From the NCBI GenBank assembly GCA_965242865.1, contig CBDETK010000011.1, positions 1 to 23,390 on the forward strand: a DNA stretch of 23,390 bases, given 5' to 3'. The notes below the pieces were generated by a model. The model did no database searches and was not told where the DNA came from. It saw nothing but the letters and a program-made list of their open reading frames with translations. Of this stretch, positions 16,241 to 23,390 are shown piece after piece (position 1 is the first letter of the stretch; every line of letters begins with the position of its first letter). This DNA comes from Candidatus Latescibacterota bacterium. GTDB taxonomy: Bacteria > Latescibacterota > UBA2968 > UBA8231. A program made the position numbers and the translations under genes.

Positions 16241-17710
16241 CTACTGCGCCTTGATCTTCAGTTTGACGATCGCCTCACAAACCGCGCCGTCTTTGACGCC
16301 GATATACCGCCCGTCCAAGCGAGCAAACGCAACGACTTTCTCCGAAAAGTTGGACGCCGTGCCGCTATCCCAGAAGCGGAAGAACAACATGCCGTTGACC
16401 ATACGCTCCATGTAATAGCTGCCATTGCCAAAGACCAGCGGGTACGTGTTATCCCCCACGTCATCCATGTTCGGATTCAACTGGTACGGATAGCCCAAGA
16501 TCGTGCCCGGCGTACCATCCCGAAGGCTCGGCAACCAGATCGGATTATCCTGCGTGTCCTTGATCTTCGTCACGGTCTTGAGCGCATCGTAACTCATGCC
16601 CCAACCAATACGTCCCCCTTCCTCGGTCGTAAAGCCGTACATGGGGTCCTCGCGCCCTTCCTTGTAAGCCGGATCGATCGCGTAGACCATATCAACGATG
16701 TCGTCAAAGCCAATCGTGCGCGACGCCGCACTCGTCAGCCCCTCTTTCGCGCCCGTGACCAACCCCTCCGGCTTCGTATCCGCCGCACCCGCCGCCGTGG
16801 TGACCGTCAACTCCTTGTTCTTCAAGCGAGCAATACGCGCCAAGCAGATGTCCTGCATCTCGGGGATACCGCCATTCTCCAAGATGGTATCCGTCTCAAA
16901 CTCCATCGTGATCGGGATGAAATCGGACGTATAGGTGTGCGCCTTCAGGACCAGCGTAGTGATGTTCGGCGCATCCACATCGTTGATAGCCGAACCCTCC
17001 GCCGACAAGCGACGACCCATCTGAGCGGTCGGATCCATCTGCATAATGCGGATGTCTTGCCCGGTCTCCGTAACACGCGTCCGAACAAAGCTGCCCCACC
17101 CGCCAAAAGCCTTCAGACGGTGTACCAGCCAGTTGGGATACTGAACGGCAATCGACTCTTGCCCCGTAGCCGCATCGCCCGCCACCAACCCCACCAGCGG
17201 AACGCGCGTAGCCGCCACCACAGGCGCCTTCACAAACAAGGGCGTCGGCGACTTCCACTGCGTGCTCTGCCACCCCTCAAGGTCGCTCCCATGCAGCTTG
17301 TGAAACTCGGCCATGCTCTCCTCAGACGACTGCAACCCCTCGTCCCGAAGACCGCCCCCCTGCGACATCTTGCCCGCAAAATAGTTCTTCCAACGCATAC
17401 TATCATGCGTTCGCAGCGCCATCGGATCGGGCAACCGATTCTCAGGACGCAACCGCTCCAACGCATCCAAGTCGCCGCGCAAGCTGTCCAACCGACGACC
17501 GAGGAACCCGTGCTCGTAGTGCAGAGCAAGATGCTTCTCCGCCATCCCCTCCACCGCACCGCCCTCAAACTTGATGCGCTTCTCGCGGTTCATGTCGTTC
17601 AACTTCTCGGTGACGTCGTCATACTCGGCCCGAACTTTGGCCTCCTCCGTCAACGTCTCATCGAACGTCTTTTTGTCCCACTTGCTAAAGCGGGATTTGG
17701 GAACTGTCAT
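16241..17710 (-). CDS. Major capsid protein, HK97 fold
   Basis: N-terminal coiled-coil delta domain, 'KIKDTQDNPIWLPSLRDGTPGTILGYPY', 'LVFGN' and 'FARLDG'. Start set at ATG 17710 (GGAGG RBS, TAATG coupling). Confidence 0.95.
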   Translation of the reverse strand: MTVPKSRFSKWDKKTFDETLTEEAKVRAEYDDVTEKLNDMNREKRIKFEGGAVEGMAEKHLALHYEHGFLGRRLDSLRGDLDALERLRPENRLPDPMALRTHDSMRWKNYFAGKMSQGGGLRDEGLQSSEESMAEFHKLHGSDLEGWQSTQWKSPTPLFVKAPVVAATRVPLVGLVAGDAATGQESIAVQYPNWLVHRLKAFGGWGSFVRTRVTETGQDIRIMQMDPTAQMGRRLSAEGSAINDVDAPNITTLVLKAHTYTSDFIPITMEFETDTILENGGIPEMQDICLARIARLKNKELTVTTAAGAADTKPEGLVTGAKEGLTSAASRTIGFDDIVDMVYAIDPAYKEGREDPMYGFTTEEGGRIGWGMSYDALKTVTKIKDTQDNPIWLPSLRDGTPGTILGYPYQLNPNMDDVGDNTYPLVFGNGSYYMERMVNGMLFFRFWDSGTASNFSEKVVAFARLDGRYIGVKDGAVCEAIVKLKIKAQ

Positions 17711-18480
17711 TATAAGAACCTCCATTCGCCGGCGTTATCGCCGTATAGGTTATAATACTGCATCATCTGTTCCTGCCGAACCCTCTCCGCCTCAGCCCGC
17801 AACGTGCTTTCTGATTCCTCCCCCGGCTCGTCGATCGCGACCTCAATCACCCTATCGGCCAACCCCACCTCCACCGCCTCTTCCGCGCTATACCACGTCT
17901 CCTCACGAAGCGCCGCCTGCACCTCCTCCAACGAGGAGTTGGTCATGCGCTTCGCATACAAGCCCGCGACCTCGTCGTTCATCTTCCGAGCGGTATCGAC
18001 GATCTTTTGGACGGCCTCCACGTCGCCGCGCAAAACCAACTGCGCGCCGTGAATCATCACCGAGGTCATAGCCGAAAGAGCGATGTCGCTGCCCGTTATC
18101 ATAATGAGCGAAGCGGCACTCGCGGCCATGCCATCGACCTGCACGTTGACCTTATCGCCCTTCTTCTTGCGCTCGCTGATCAGGTTCAGGATCGCACTCG
18201 TTTCAAAAATGTCCCCGCCCGGCGAGTTGATCCGAATGAGCACGTCCCCCGTAATCGCGTCAAGCTGCTCTTGGAAAATTTGGGCCGACATCACCGAATC
18301 ATCGCCCCACCAAGCGCGGAGGAATTCGGCATCGGCATGATTCATGATTTCTCCATAGAGAAGTATTTCATTATCACGATCACGAGCGAGACTCACCTTC
18401 GCGGGCTGATACTTCGCCCAGACATCGGGCGAGATGTTGCTGAACCGACGACGAAGTAAAGCCTTTAGTTTCTTGTCCAT
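17710..18480 (-). CDS. ClpP-type prohead maturation protease
   Basis: 'RINSPGGD', 'DGMAASAAS', 'MIHG' and 'ETWYSAEEAVEVGLAD'. Confidence 0.95.
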   Translation of the reverse strand: MDKKLKALLRRRFSNISPDVWAKYQPAKVSLARDRDNEILLYGEIMNHADAEFLRAWWGDDSVMSAQIFQEQLDAITGDVLIRINSPGGDIFETSAILNLISERKKKGDKVNVQVDGMAASAASLIMITGSDIALSAMTSVMIHGAQLVLRGDVEAVQKIVDTARKMNDEVAGLYAKRMTNSSLEEVQAALREETWYSAEEAVEVGLADRVIEVAIDEPGEESESTLRAEAERVRQEQMMQYYNLYGDNAGEWRFL

Positions 18481-18492
18481 CGACGAACCTCC

Positions 18493-18532
18493 ATTATTAT
18501 GTTAATTAAACAAAGTTGACGAAACAAGTCAA
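18493..18532 (-). promoter_or_regulatory. Putative internal promoter with TTGAC-N7-GTCAA palindrome
   Basis: TTGACT (18532-18527), 16-17 nt, TTTAAT/TTAATT in an AT-rich island, then a GGAGG RBS. Confidence 0.55.
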
Positions 18533-18535
18533 ATC

Positions 18536-18706
18536 GTGATACACGGCGGCACTAACGACCTCGACAACCTTTCTTGTATGCACCCTTCCTGCAATGCCTC
18601 CAAAGGCGATACTTGGCCCCTGCCGCCTGCACCCTGGCACGATACAATCTGTGAGCACCCACAGCTTGACCTGTTCTACGCATTCGGGTCAGTACGCTCC
18701 CTCTGA
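18536..18706 (+). pseudogene. C-terminal relic of an HNH endonuclease
   Basis: My translation: VIHGGTNDLDNLSCMHPSCNASKGDTWP...HPQLDLF... The N-terminal CxxC and DH motif are absent. Confidence 0.65.
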
Positions 18707-20001
18707 GCCTCAGTGCCGTCGCCCGACGGATTACGTCGCGGCTCGGGCTGATCTTCGTATTCGCCATCTGGTTCCCGAGCGACACCGACCCACTCGCGGA
18801 GTTCTTCCTTCGTCAAAACAGGCTTGCGAGTGCTCGACCCTTGCAGCACATCGACGAGCCTCGCTAAGTGATCAGCATCAGGACGCATAATCTCCTTATC
18901 ATCGACCACGAACCGCTGTCCTTTCCCCAGTAGAATCAAGGCCAACGGGTCCAAAAGCGCGTTCACGTGCTCGTAAAAAGACATCGCGAGGAACGACCGA
19001 ATCATCACCTGCATACCAGAACCCCAAGTGGTCTCCGAACTATTCATTAAAGCAAGCGGGATACCAAAAACCGACGCGATTTTTGCTGTCAATTCTTGGC
19101 TTAACCGTAAGGTTTCTTCGTCATTTATGGCCGGATCCAGCCGTTCTGCCTTCACATTCTGCGTCACCACCGGATCGCCGGTCTGGGCCTGTTTAATAAT
19201 GTTTTTCCGCAGTTCACCCAACTGCTCAACATGGGCCTGTGCATCCAACCCCTCGGTCGGCTGATAGTTGAAGTGAACCCGACTCAGCATCCCCCGCTTG
19301 AGGAACTCCAACTCGTGGGAATCGCTCAACAGACCGACGCGCAACGACGGAGCCAGCAGGTCTAACGGCGACGACGCGAAGCCATATTGTCTCATATCTT
19401 GACCCGGCTGCCAACCCAGCGTCCGCCCCCAGCGCACCAAGCAAATATCCTGTGCGGGTAGGCTTACCCGTTCATTAGGGTTGTGGGCCGGCGAGATGTT
19501 GTAAACCACATCCCCGTTATCCTGCACACGGCAATCGCCATTAGCGCGGATGTACCGCGTCAACCCCGTCACTCGCCCCGATTGCTTGCGCGGAACCAAA
19601 ATCCCATTCCCGTCTAAGCAATAGTCAAGCATTACATCTTTGATGAGATTAGACGTCGGCTCGCCCCCGCCATCCGCCGACGAAGCCATCATCTCCAACG
19701 CGGCTTGGGCACGCGGCGTCCGCACAGTCATACCCTCCAGGTCAACAACCTTCAGCTTACCATTCGTCACCAGCCGCGACGTCAGCCCACTGATAAGCGT
19801 AATACAGCGCACCACGGGCGCATAGCACACCGCCGTGCGGCGCGTAATAGGCTGCACCCCCTTGCCGACAAACCCCAGCCCGGCCGCCAACTGCAACGCC
19901 AGATTGACTACATCGGGCCGCTCCGTAGGCTTAGTCCCTCGCTCGCTCGTCGCCGGCGCAACAAAACGCGCAATCAAGGCGCGCATATCGTGAAAACGCA
20001 T
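18676..20001 (-). CDS. Portal protein, HK97 family
   Basis: Between TerL and the protease. 'VVRCITLISG', 'DYCLDGNG', 'SPLDLL' and 'IASVFGIPLALMN'. Confidence 0.9.
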   Translation of the reverse strand: MRFHDMRALIARFVAPATSERGTKPTERPDVVNLALQLAAGLGFVGKGVQPITRRTAVCYAPVVRCITLISGLTSRLVTNGKLKVVDLEGMTVRTPRAQAALEMMASSADGGGEPTSNLIKDVMLDYCLDGNGILVPRKQSGRVTGLTRYIRANGDCRVQDNGDVVYNISPAHNPNERVSLPAQDICLVRWGRTLGWQPGQDMRQYGFASSPLDLLAPSLRVGLLSDSHELEFLKRGMLSRVHFNYQPTEGLDAQAHVEQLGELRKNIIKQAQTGDPVVTQNVKAERLDPAINDEETLRLSQELTAKIASVFGIPLALMNSSETTWGSGMQVMIRSFLAMSFYEHVNALLDPLALILLGKGQRFVVDDKEIMRPDADHLARLVDVLQGSSTRKPVLTKEELREWVGVAREPDGEYEDQPEPRRNPSGDGTEAQRERTDPNA

Positions 20002-20006
20002 GTTCG

Positions 20007-21827
20007 TTATATCCTCGCGGCCACCCGATCTAACTGGAACGGCCTCAACGGCGACGGCAACCCTTCCGCCGCAAAACCCACACCCATCGCCAGCGCGACC
20101 GCACAGTCAATCTTCTCGCGCTGCTTGTTCTTCTCAAACCGGCGGTTGGCGCTGGCATCCATCACCGGCACCGCCGCCTGCACCGCATAACGCAACAACG
20201 GGTTAAATTCAACCTTCAACGTCTCCAAATACACGATTTCCTCCAACTTGTCAATGGAGCGCGGCATAAAAAGCGGTATCTCCCCCTTCTCGCGCTTCTC
20301 ATCCGCCCCCCAACCACGGTACGACTGGTTATGAGGTACAATAAGCAGCTCCCCCGAACGGACCGAGCGCGCATTAGACGTATAGCGGATACCCACCTCC
20401 TCCATCTCCGTTTTCAGCAGATCCATTTTCCACTGATCATAACACAGCCCTTGCACATCATACCCGTACATCATCTCGTAAATCCACTTCGCCACGTAGC
20501 CGAAATCCATCAAACGGCCCGGAACGACCTGCAAATAGCCATTGTCCCTAAACGTCTCATACGGGATTTTGTCCTCCACGCCGCGCTGACGCAAGTCTTC
20601 TTCATGCGTCCAAGCAATAATACGCGCCCAGTAGGCCACCTCGCCGTCATCCAACGGCACCTCCCACACCGCCGCCCCCGCCGACAAGTCGCGCTTCAAC
20701 CCCAAGTCCAACGAGAGATAACACGGCAAATCCTTCAAAAAAGCCTCGTCAAACGCTAAGTACTGCTCGCACGGCTTCCACGCCTCCAGCGTCAGCCACG
20801 GGGCCTCGTTCCCCGCACCCCAACGGCAAAAGAGCAACCGCTCCACTTTAGCCCGATTACTCGGCTGCCCCTTGGACCGCAAAAGTTGATCCGACACAAA
20901 CGACTGTGGCGGATACTCCGGCAACCCCGGCAGCACCTTCGGCCAGCACCCTACCTCCGTAACATCATCCTCCTCGTCCAACGCGCACACGTACGAGAAA
21001 TAGCTTTCGTCCTCGACCACCCCCTCAGCACCCCGCTCCGCCACCTCACACGCATACTCAAACTCCTCACCGCACGGCGACAGCAGGCTATCCCCCGCAT
21101 TCGTAATCACAAATATCAACGGCTGACGACGCTCCTTCGTCCCCAGATCATAGAATTTAAGCATCGCATCCGTCTGGTGCTCGTGATACTCCTCGCAAAG
21201 AACAAAGTGCGGCGTCGAGCCCGAATGACCCTTGCCCGCCGTATCACTCGCCACGCGCCGCAACCACGACCCCTTAGAATGACAGCTAATCTGTTCGGGA
21301 CGATCCACGCCACCACGAACATGAAGCAAGCTATCCAACTGAGGCGTCAACTCCTTGATGTTCACACACGCCTGCATAGGGATCAACGCCTGATCCGCGT
21401 CCCGCGCAATGATGAAGTTTTGAGCATTCGGCTCGCCATCCGCCACCGTCATATACAGACCTATACCCGCAGCAAAAGCCGACTTACCGCTGCCCTTCGA
21501 ACACAACACAAACGCCATACGGAACCGACGCATACCCGCAGGATCAACCCAACCAAACAAATTCCCCAGAATGAAACGCTCCCAGTCCATCAGACGGAAC
21601 GGCATCGACCGTTCATCCGACTCCCGCGGGGCCGGCAAGCGCAACACCTTCTCGAAAAAGCGAAAAACCTTCGTAGCCCGCTCGCCATCGAACACATACG
21701 GCAACTCACCCCGCGCCGACCGCGCCAAGTCATTCAAATGACGCTGGCACGAATGACGGACATGAGGCCCCGCCACCTGCTCCCCCGAAACCACGCGACG
21801 AGCATAATCTGTCGTTGGATGATCCAT
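20007..21827 (-). CDS. terL: Terminase large subunit
   Basis: Walker A 'SKGSGKS', Walker B-like 'VLCEEYHEH', 'ITNAG', nuclease 'LSLDLG...DLSA' and 'KIDCAVAL'. Confidence 0.96.
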   Translation of the reverse strand: MDHPTTDYARRVVSGEQVAGPHVRHSCQRHLNDLARSARGELPYVFDGERATKVFRFFEKVLRLPAPRESDERSMPFRLMDWERFILGNLFGWVDPAGMRRFRMAFVLCSKGSGKSAFAAGIGLYMTVADGEPNAQNFIIARDADQALIPMQACVNIKELTPQLDSLLHVRGGVDRPEQISCHSKGSWLRRVASDTAGKGHSGSTPHFVLCEEYHEHQTDAMLKFYDLGTKERRQPLIFVITNAGDSLLSPCGEEFEYACEVAERGAEGVVEDESYFSYVCALDEEDDVTEVGCWPKVLPGLPEYPPQSFVSDQLLRSKGQPSNRAKVERLLFCRWGAGNEAPWLTLEAWKPCEQYLAFDEAFLKDLPCYLSLDLGLKRDLSAGAAVWEVPLDDGEVAYWARIIAWTHEEDLRQRGVEDKIPYETFRDNGYLQVVPGRLMDFGYVAKWIYEMMYGYDVQGLCYDQWKMDLLKTEMEEVGIRYTSNARSVRSGELLIVPHNQSYRGWGADEKREKGEIPLFMPRSIDKLEEIVYLETLKVEFNPLLRYAVQAAVPVMDASANRRFEKNKQREKIDCAVALAMGVGFAAEGLPSPLRPFQLDRVAARI

Positions 21828-21850
21828 CTTCTTCCTGCTTACTTGAGTAT

Positions 21851-21990
21851 GCCCGCCGACGGACGAGCCCCTTCAAAGCCCATCCGTCGGCGGGCCTGAG
21901 TACGCGAGACAACAGCAAGATCGAGAACAGGTAGCACGGCTGTTGTCCCGCTTCATTACCCGCGGCATGCCGATTGCCAGTCGGCGCACC
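21851..21990 (-). other. Structured intergenic region with tandem hairpins
   Basis: 20-bp stem at 21851-21895, 13-bp stem at 21904-21951, 5-bp stem at 21969-21985. Confidence 0.65.
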
Positions 21991-22006
21991 CCGGCCCAGC
22001 AAAATT

Positions 22007-22510
22007 TTACAAAAACTCCGCTATCGGATCGGCCTGCTTGGCCGCCTCACGCGCCTGCGTGTTGCGCTTAATAGCCATCTTACTCCGAGACAACGCCGTC
22101 AAACCCAACTCCGTAGTCAGCTTGATCCAAGACAAGACATTATCCGCATACGCATCCCGCAACAGCTTAGCCGCCGGCGTCACCTTCTGCGCCCTACCCG
22201 GGTCCGACTCCAGCAACTCAGCCAGATACGCTTGAGACCGCTCAAAGTGACGCTTGTTATCCCGCATCAGCTTAGCCGTGCGACATAACTCAAACACCAA
22301 CGGCGCGTCATACTTCTGCAACCACCACCCCTCCCGAGCCGCCCACCGCCAGATCGACTTCTCAAACGCATCCAACTCATCCGCAAACACCTTCGGAATA
22401 CGACCCAACCGATCCGGTATGTCCGCCTCATCCCGCGGCGGCTGCAAAACCCGAAACTTCGGCGGCGGCCCATCGGGCCGATGATTCACCTTACGTGCCG
22501 GCAAGCCCAT
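22007..22510 (-). CDS. terS: Terminase small subunit (P27-like)
   Basis: Between HNH and TerL. 'ELGLTALSRSKM' and terminal 'DPIAEFL'. Confidence 0.85.
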   Translation of the reverse strand: MGLPARKVNHRPDGPPPKFRVLQPPRDEADIPDRLGRIPKVFADELDAFEKSIWRWAAREGWWLQKYDAPLVFELCRTAKLMRDNKRHFERSQAYLAELLESDPGRAQKVTPAAKLLRDAYADNVLSWIKLTTELGLTALSRSKMAIKRNTQAREAAKQADPIAEFL

Positions 22511-22513
22511 AGC

Positions 22514-22837
22514 TCAATCCTCCAACAAAAGTCCTTCCTCCGAACAACCCACAAACGAACGACGACGATTCTGCTTCCGCGTCACCTCCACATGACACGG
22601 ACGACACACCGCCTGCCACAACGATACATCCCAAAATAAATCAGGACGAGACTCCGCCGACACCGTGTGATGAATCTCAGACGCCGCCACCGTCAAACCG
22701 CTCTCACCGCACAACGCACACAACGGATGCCTCGACAAATAACCCGCACGAAGCCGCTTATACCGCCCACTAACACGCGCCCGACGCACACTGAACGCCA
22801 CAACACTACTCGCACAGACACGCGCAAGACGGAACAC
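22514..22837 (-). CDS. Packaging-associated HNH endonuclease (HK97 gp74-like); start uncertain
   Basis: 'HPLCALC...EIHH...LFWDVSLWQAVCRPCH'. Confidence 0.88.
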   Translation of the reverse strand: MFRLARVCASSVVAFSVRRARVSGRYKRLRAGYLSRHPLCALCGESGLTVAASEIHHTVSAESRPDLFWDVSLWQAVCRPCHVEVTRKQNRRRSFVGCSEEGLLLED

Positions 22838-22934
22838 GACTCAGTTGATCGTGCGCCGCCCACACCGCAAAAACTACGAACCCCAGCGCAGACACCAACA
22901 CGAAAGACCAAAAATACGGATACCACCGCTTCAT
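22806..22934 (-). CDS. Small membrane protein (42 aa)
   Basis: GAGAGG RBS just after the tRNA. MKRWYPYFWSFVLVSALGFVVFAVWAAH forms a single TM segment. Confidence 0.5.
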   Translation of the reverse strand: MKRWYPYFWSFVLVSALGFVVFAVWAAHDQLSRVPSCACLCE

Positions 22935-22950
22935 AAAAAACCTCTCAATC

Positions 22951-23029
22951 TGGAGCGCGAGGCGGGACTCGAACCCGCGACCGCGGACTTGGCAAGCCCG
23001 TACTCTACACCAAACTGAGCTACTCGCGC
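22951..23029 (-). tRNA. tRNA-Gly(GCC)
   Basis: GCGCGAG/CTCGCGC acceptor stem, U discriminator plus CCA, TAGCTCAG D arm, CGGGC-TTGCCAA-GTCCG anticodon arm and GGTTCGAGTCC T arm. Confidence 0.95.
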
Positions 23030-23377
23030 TCATCATCCAACTCAATCTCGCGCACCGAAAAATCACCGCGCCCCTCATCCTCCGCCTCCTCATCCTTCCA
23101 CAACAGATCATTCGCCCACGCCCACTCAAGGAACCGCTCCGCATCGCGGCGACGCGCAAAGCAAAACGCCTTATTCGGAAGCCAGTACCGTTGCAATAAC
23201 TCAATCGCGGTGGCTTCTTAGCCGCCTCCGCCAACCACGCTTCAAACTCCGCGTCCGCATCCACGGGGCGATACCCCGTCTCATACAGGTCCGAAGACTT
23301 CTCAAACGACACATACTTAAACAAAGTGCCCTTATCAACCCCCGATCCTCCGCCACTACCCAAACTTTGTGTCCCAT
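23020..23377 (-). CDS. Acidic hypothetical protein, apparently frameshifted
   Basis: Protein-like segments MGHKVWVVAEDRG / VDKGTLFKY...EAWLAEAAKK / DAERFLEWAW...EIELDDERE* lie in different frames. Confidence 0.45.
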
Positions 23378-23390
23378 AGCAATCCGATCC

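Noticed and set aside
18552-18785. 77-aa minus-strand ORF between portal and protease
   Set aside because: It overlaps the portal out of frame and has no motif. The plus-strand HNH relic explains the region better.
20478-20512. Possible fourth repeat (GAAGTGGATT) in terL, and a similar GTGGATT near 1045
   Set aside because: Both lack the GAAAC end and a proper 4-25 stem. Explained by Trp-Ile codons.
21969-21985. Anticodon-arm-like hairpin as a second tRNA
   Set aside because: No D arm, T arm or acceptor stem around it.
22806-23363. 185-aa ORF as a single gene
   Set aside because: It runs through the tRNA. It is better explained as a frameshifted acidic gene, the tRNA and a separate 42-aa membrane ORF.

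Overview
Nearly the whole window is the morphogenesis module of an HK97-like siphophage (phage or prophage), read on the minus strand from right to left: acidic hypothetical, tRNA-Gly(GCC), small membrane protein, HNH, TerS, TerL, portal, ClpP-type protease, major capsid, post-capsid protein, head-tail connector, head closure, tail tube, a 120-aa beta protein, a ~1,550-aa repeat protein ending in a tail-terminator-like domain, GH108 endolysin, HK97 gp10-like protein, a 791-aa fibre, small ORFs and a holin candidate, tail chaperones, tape measure and two tail-tip proteins. A convergent lipoprotein gene sits at the left end. The main discovery is three dispersed solitary 36-nt CRISPR-repeat-like units (5326-5361, 15467-15502, 16189-16224). 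All are sense to the late transcript, share a stem at positions 4-25 and end in the type I-C-like TGGATTGAAAC tail, with no cas gene or array in the window. The two intergenic copies differ only by compensatory base pairs and can fold as an H-type pseudoknot. One copy lies inside a structural CDS. One has its own promoter and is followed by a spacer-length segment partly matching the DNA just upstream of that promoter. This suggests a phage system that decoys or uses host Cas5d/Cascade (inference). Several frameshifts, mostly at homopolymers, suggest long-read indel errors or prophage decay. All family assignments come from motif recognition and synteny, not from database searches.
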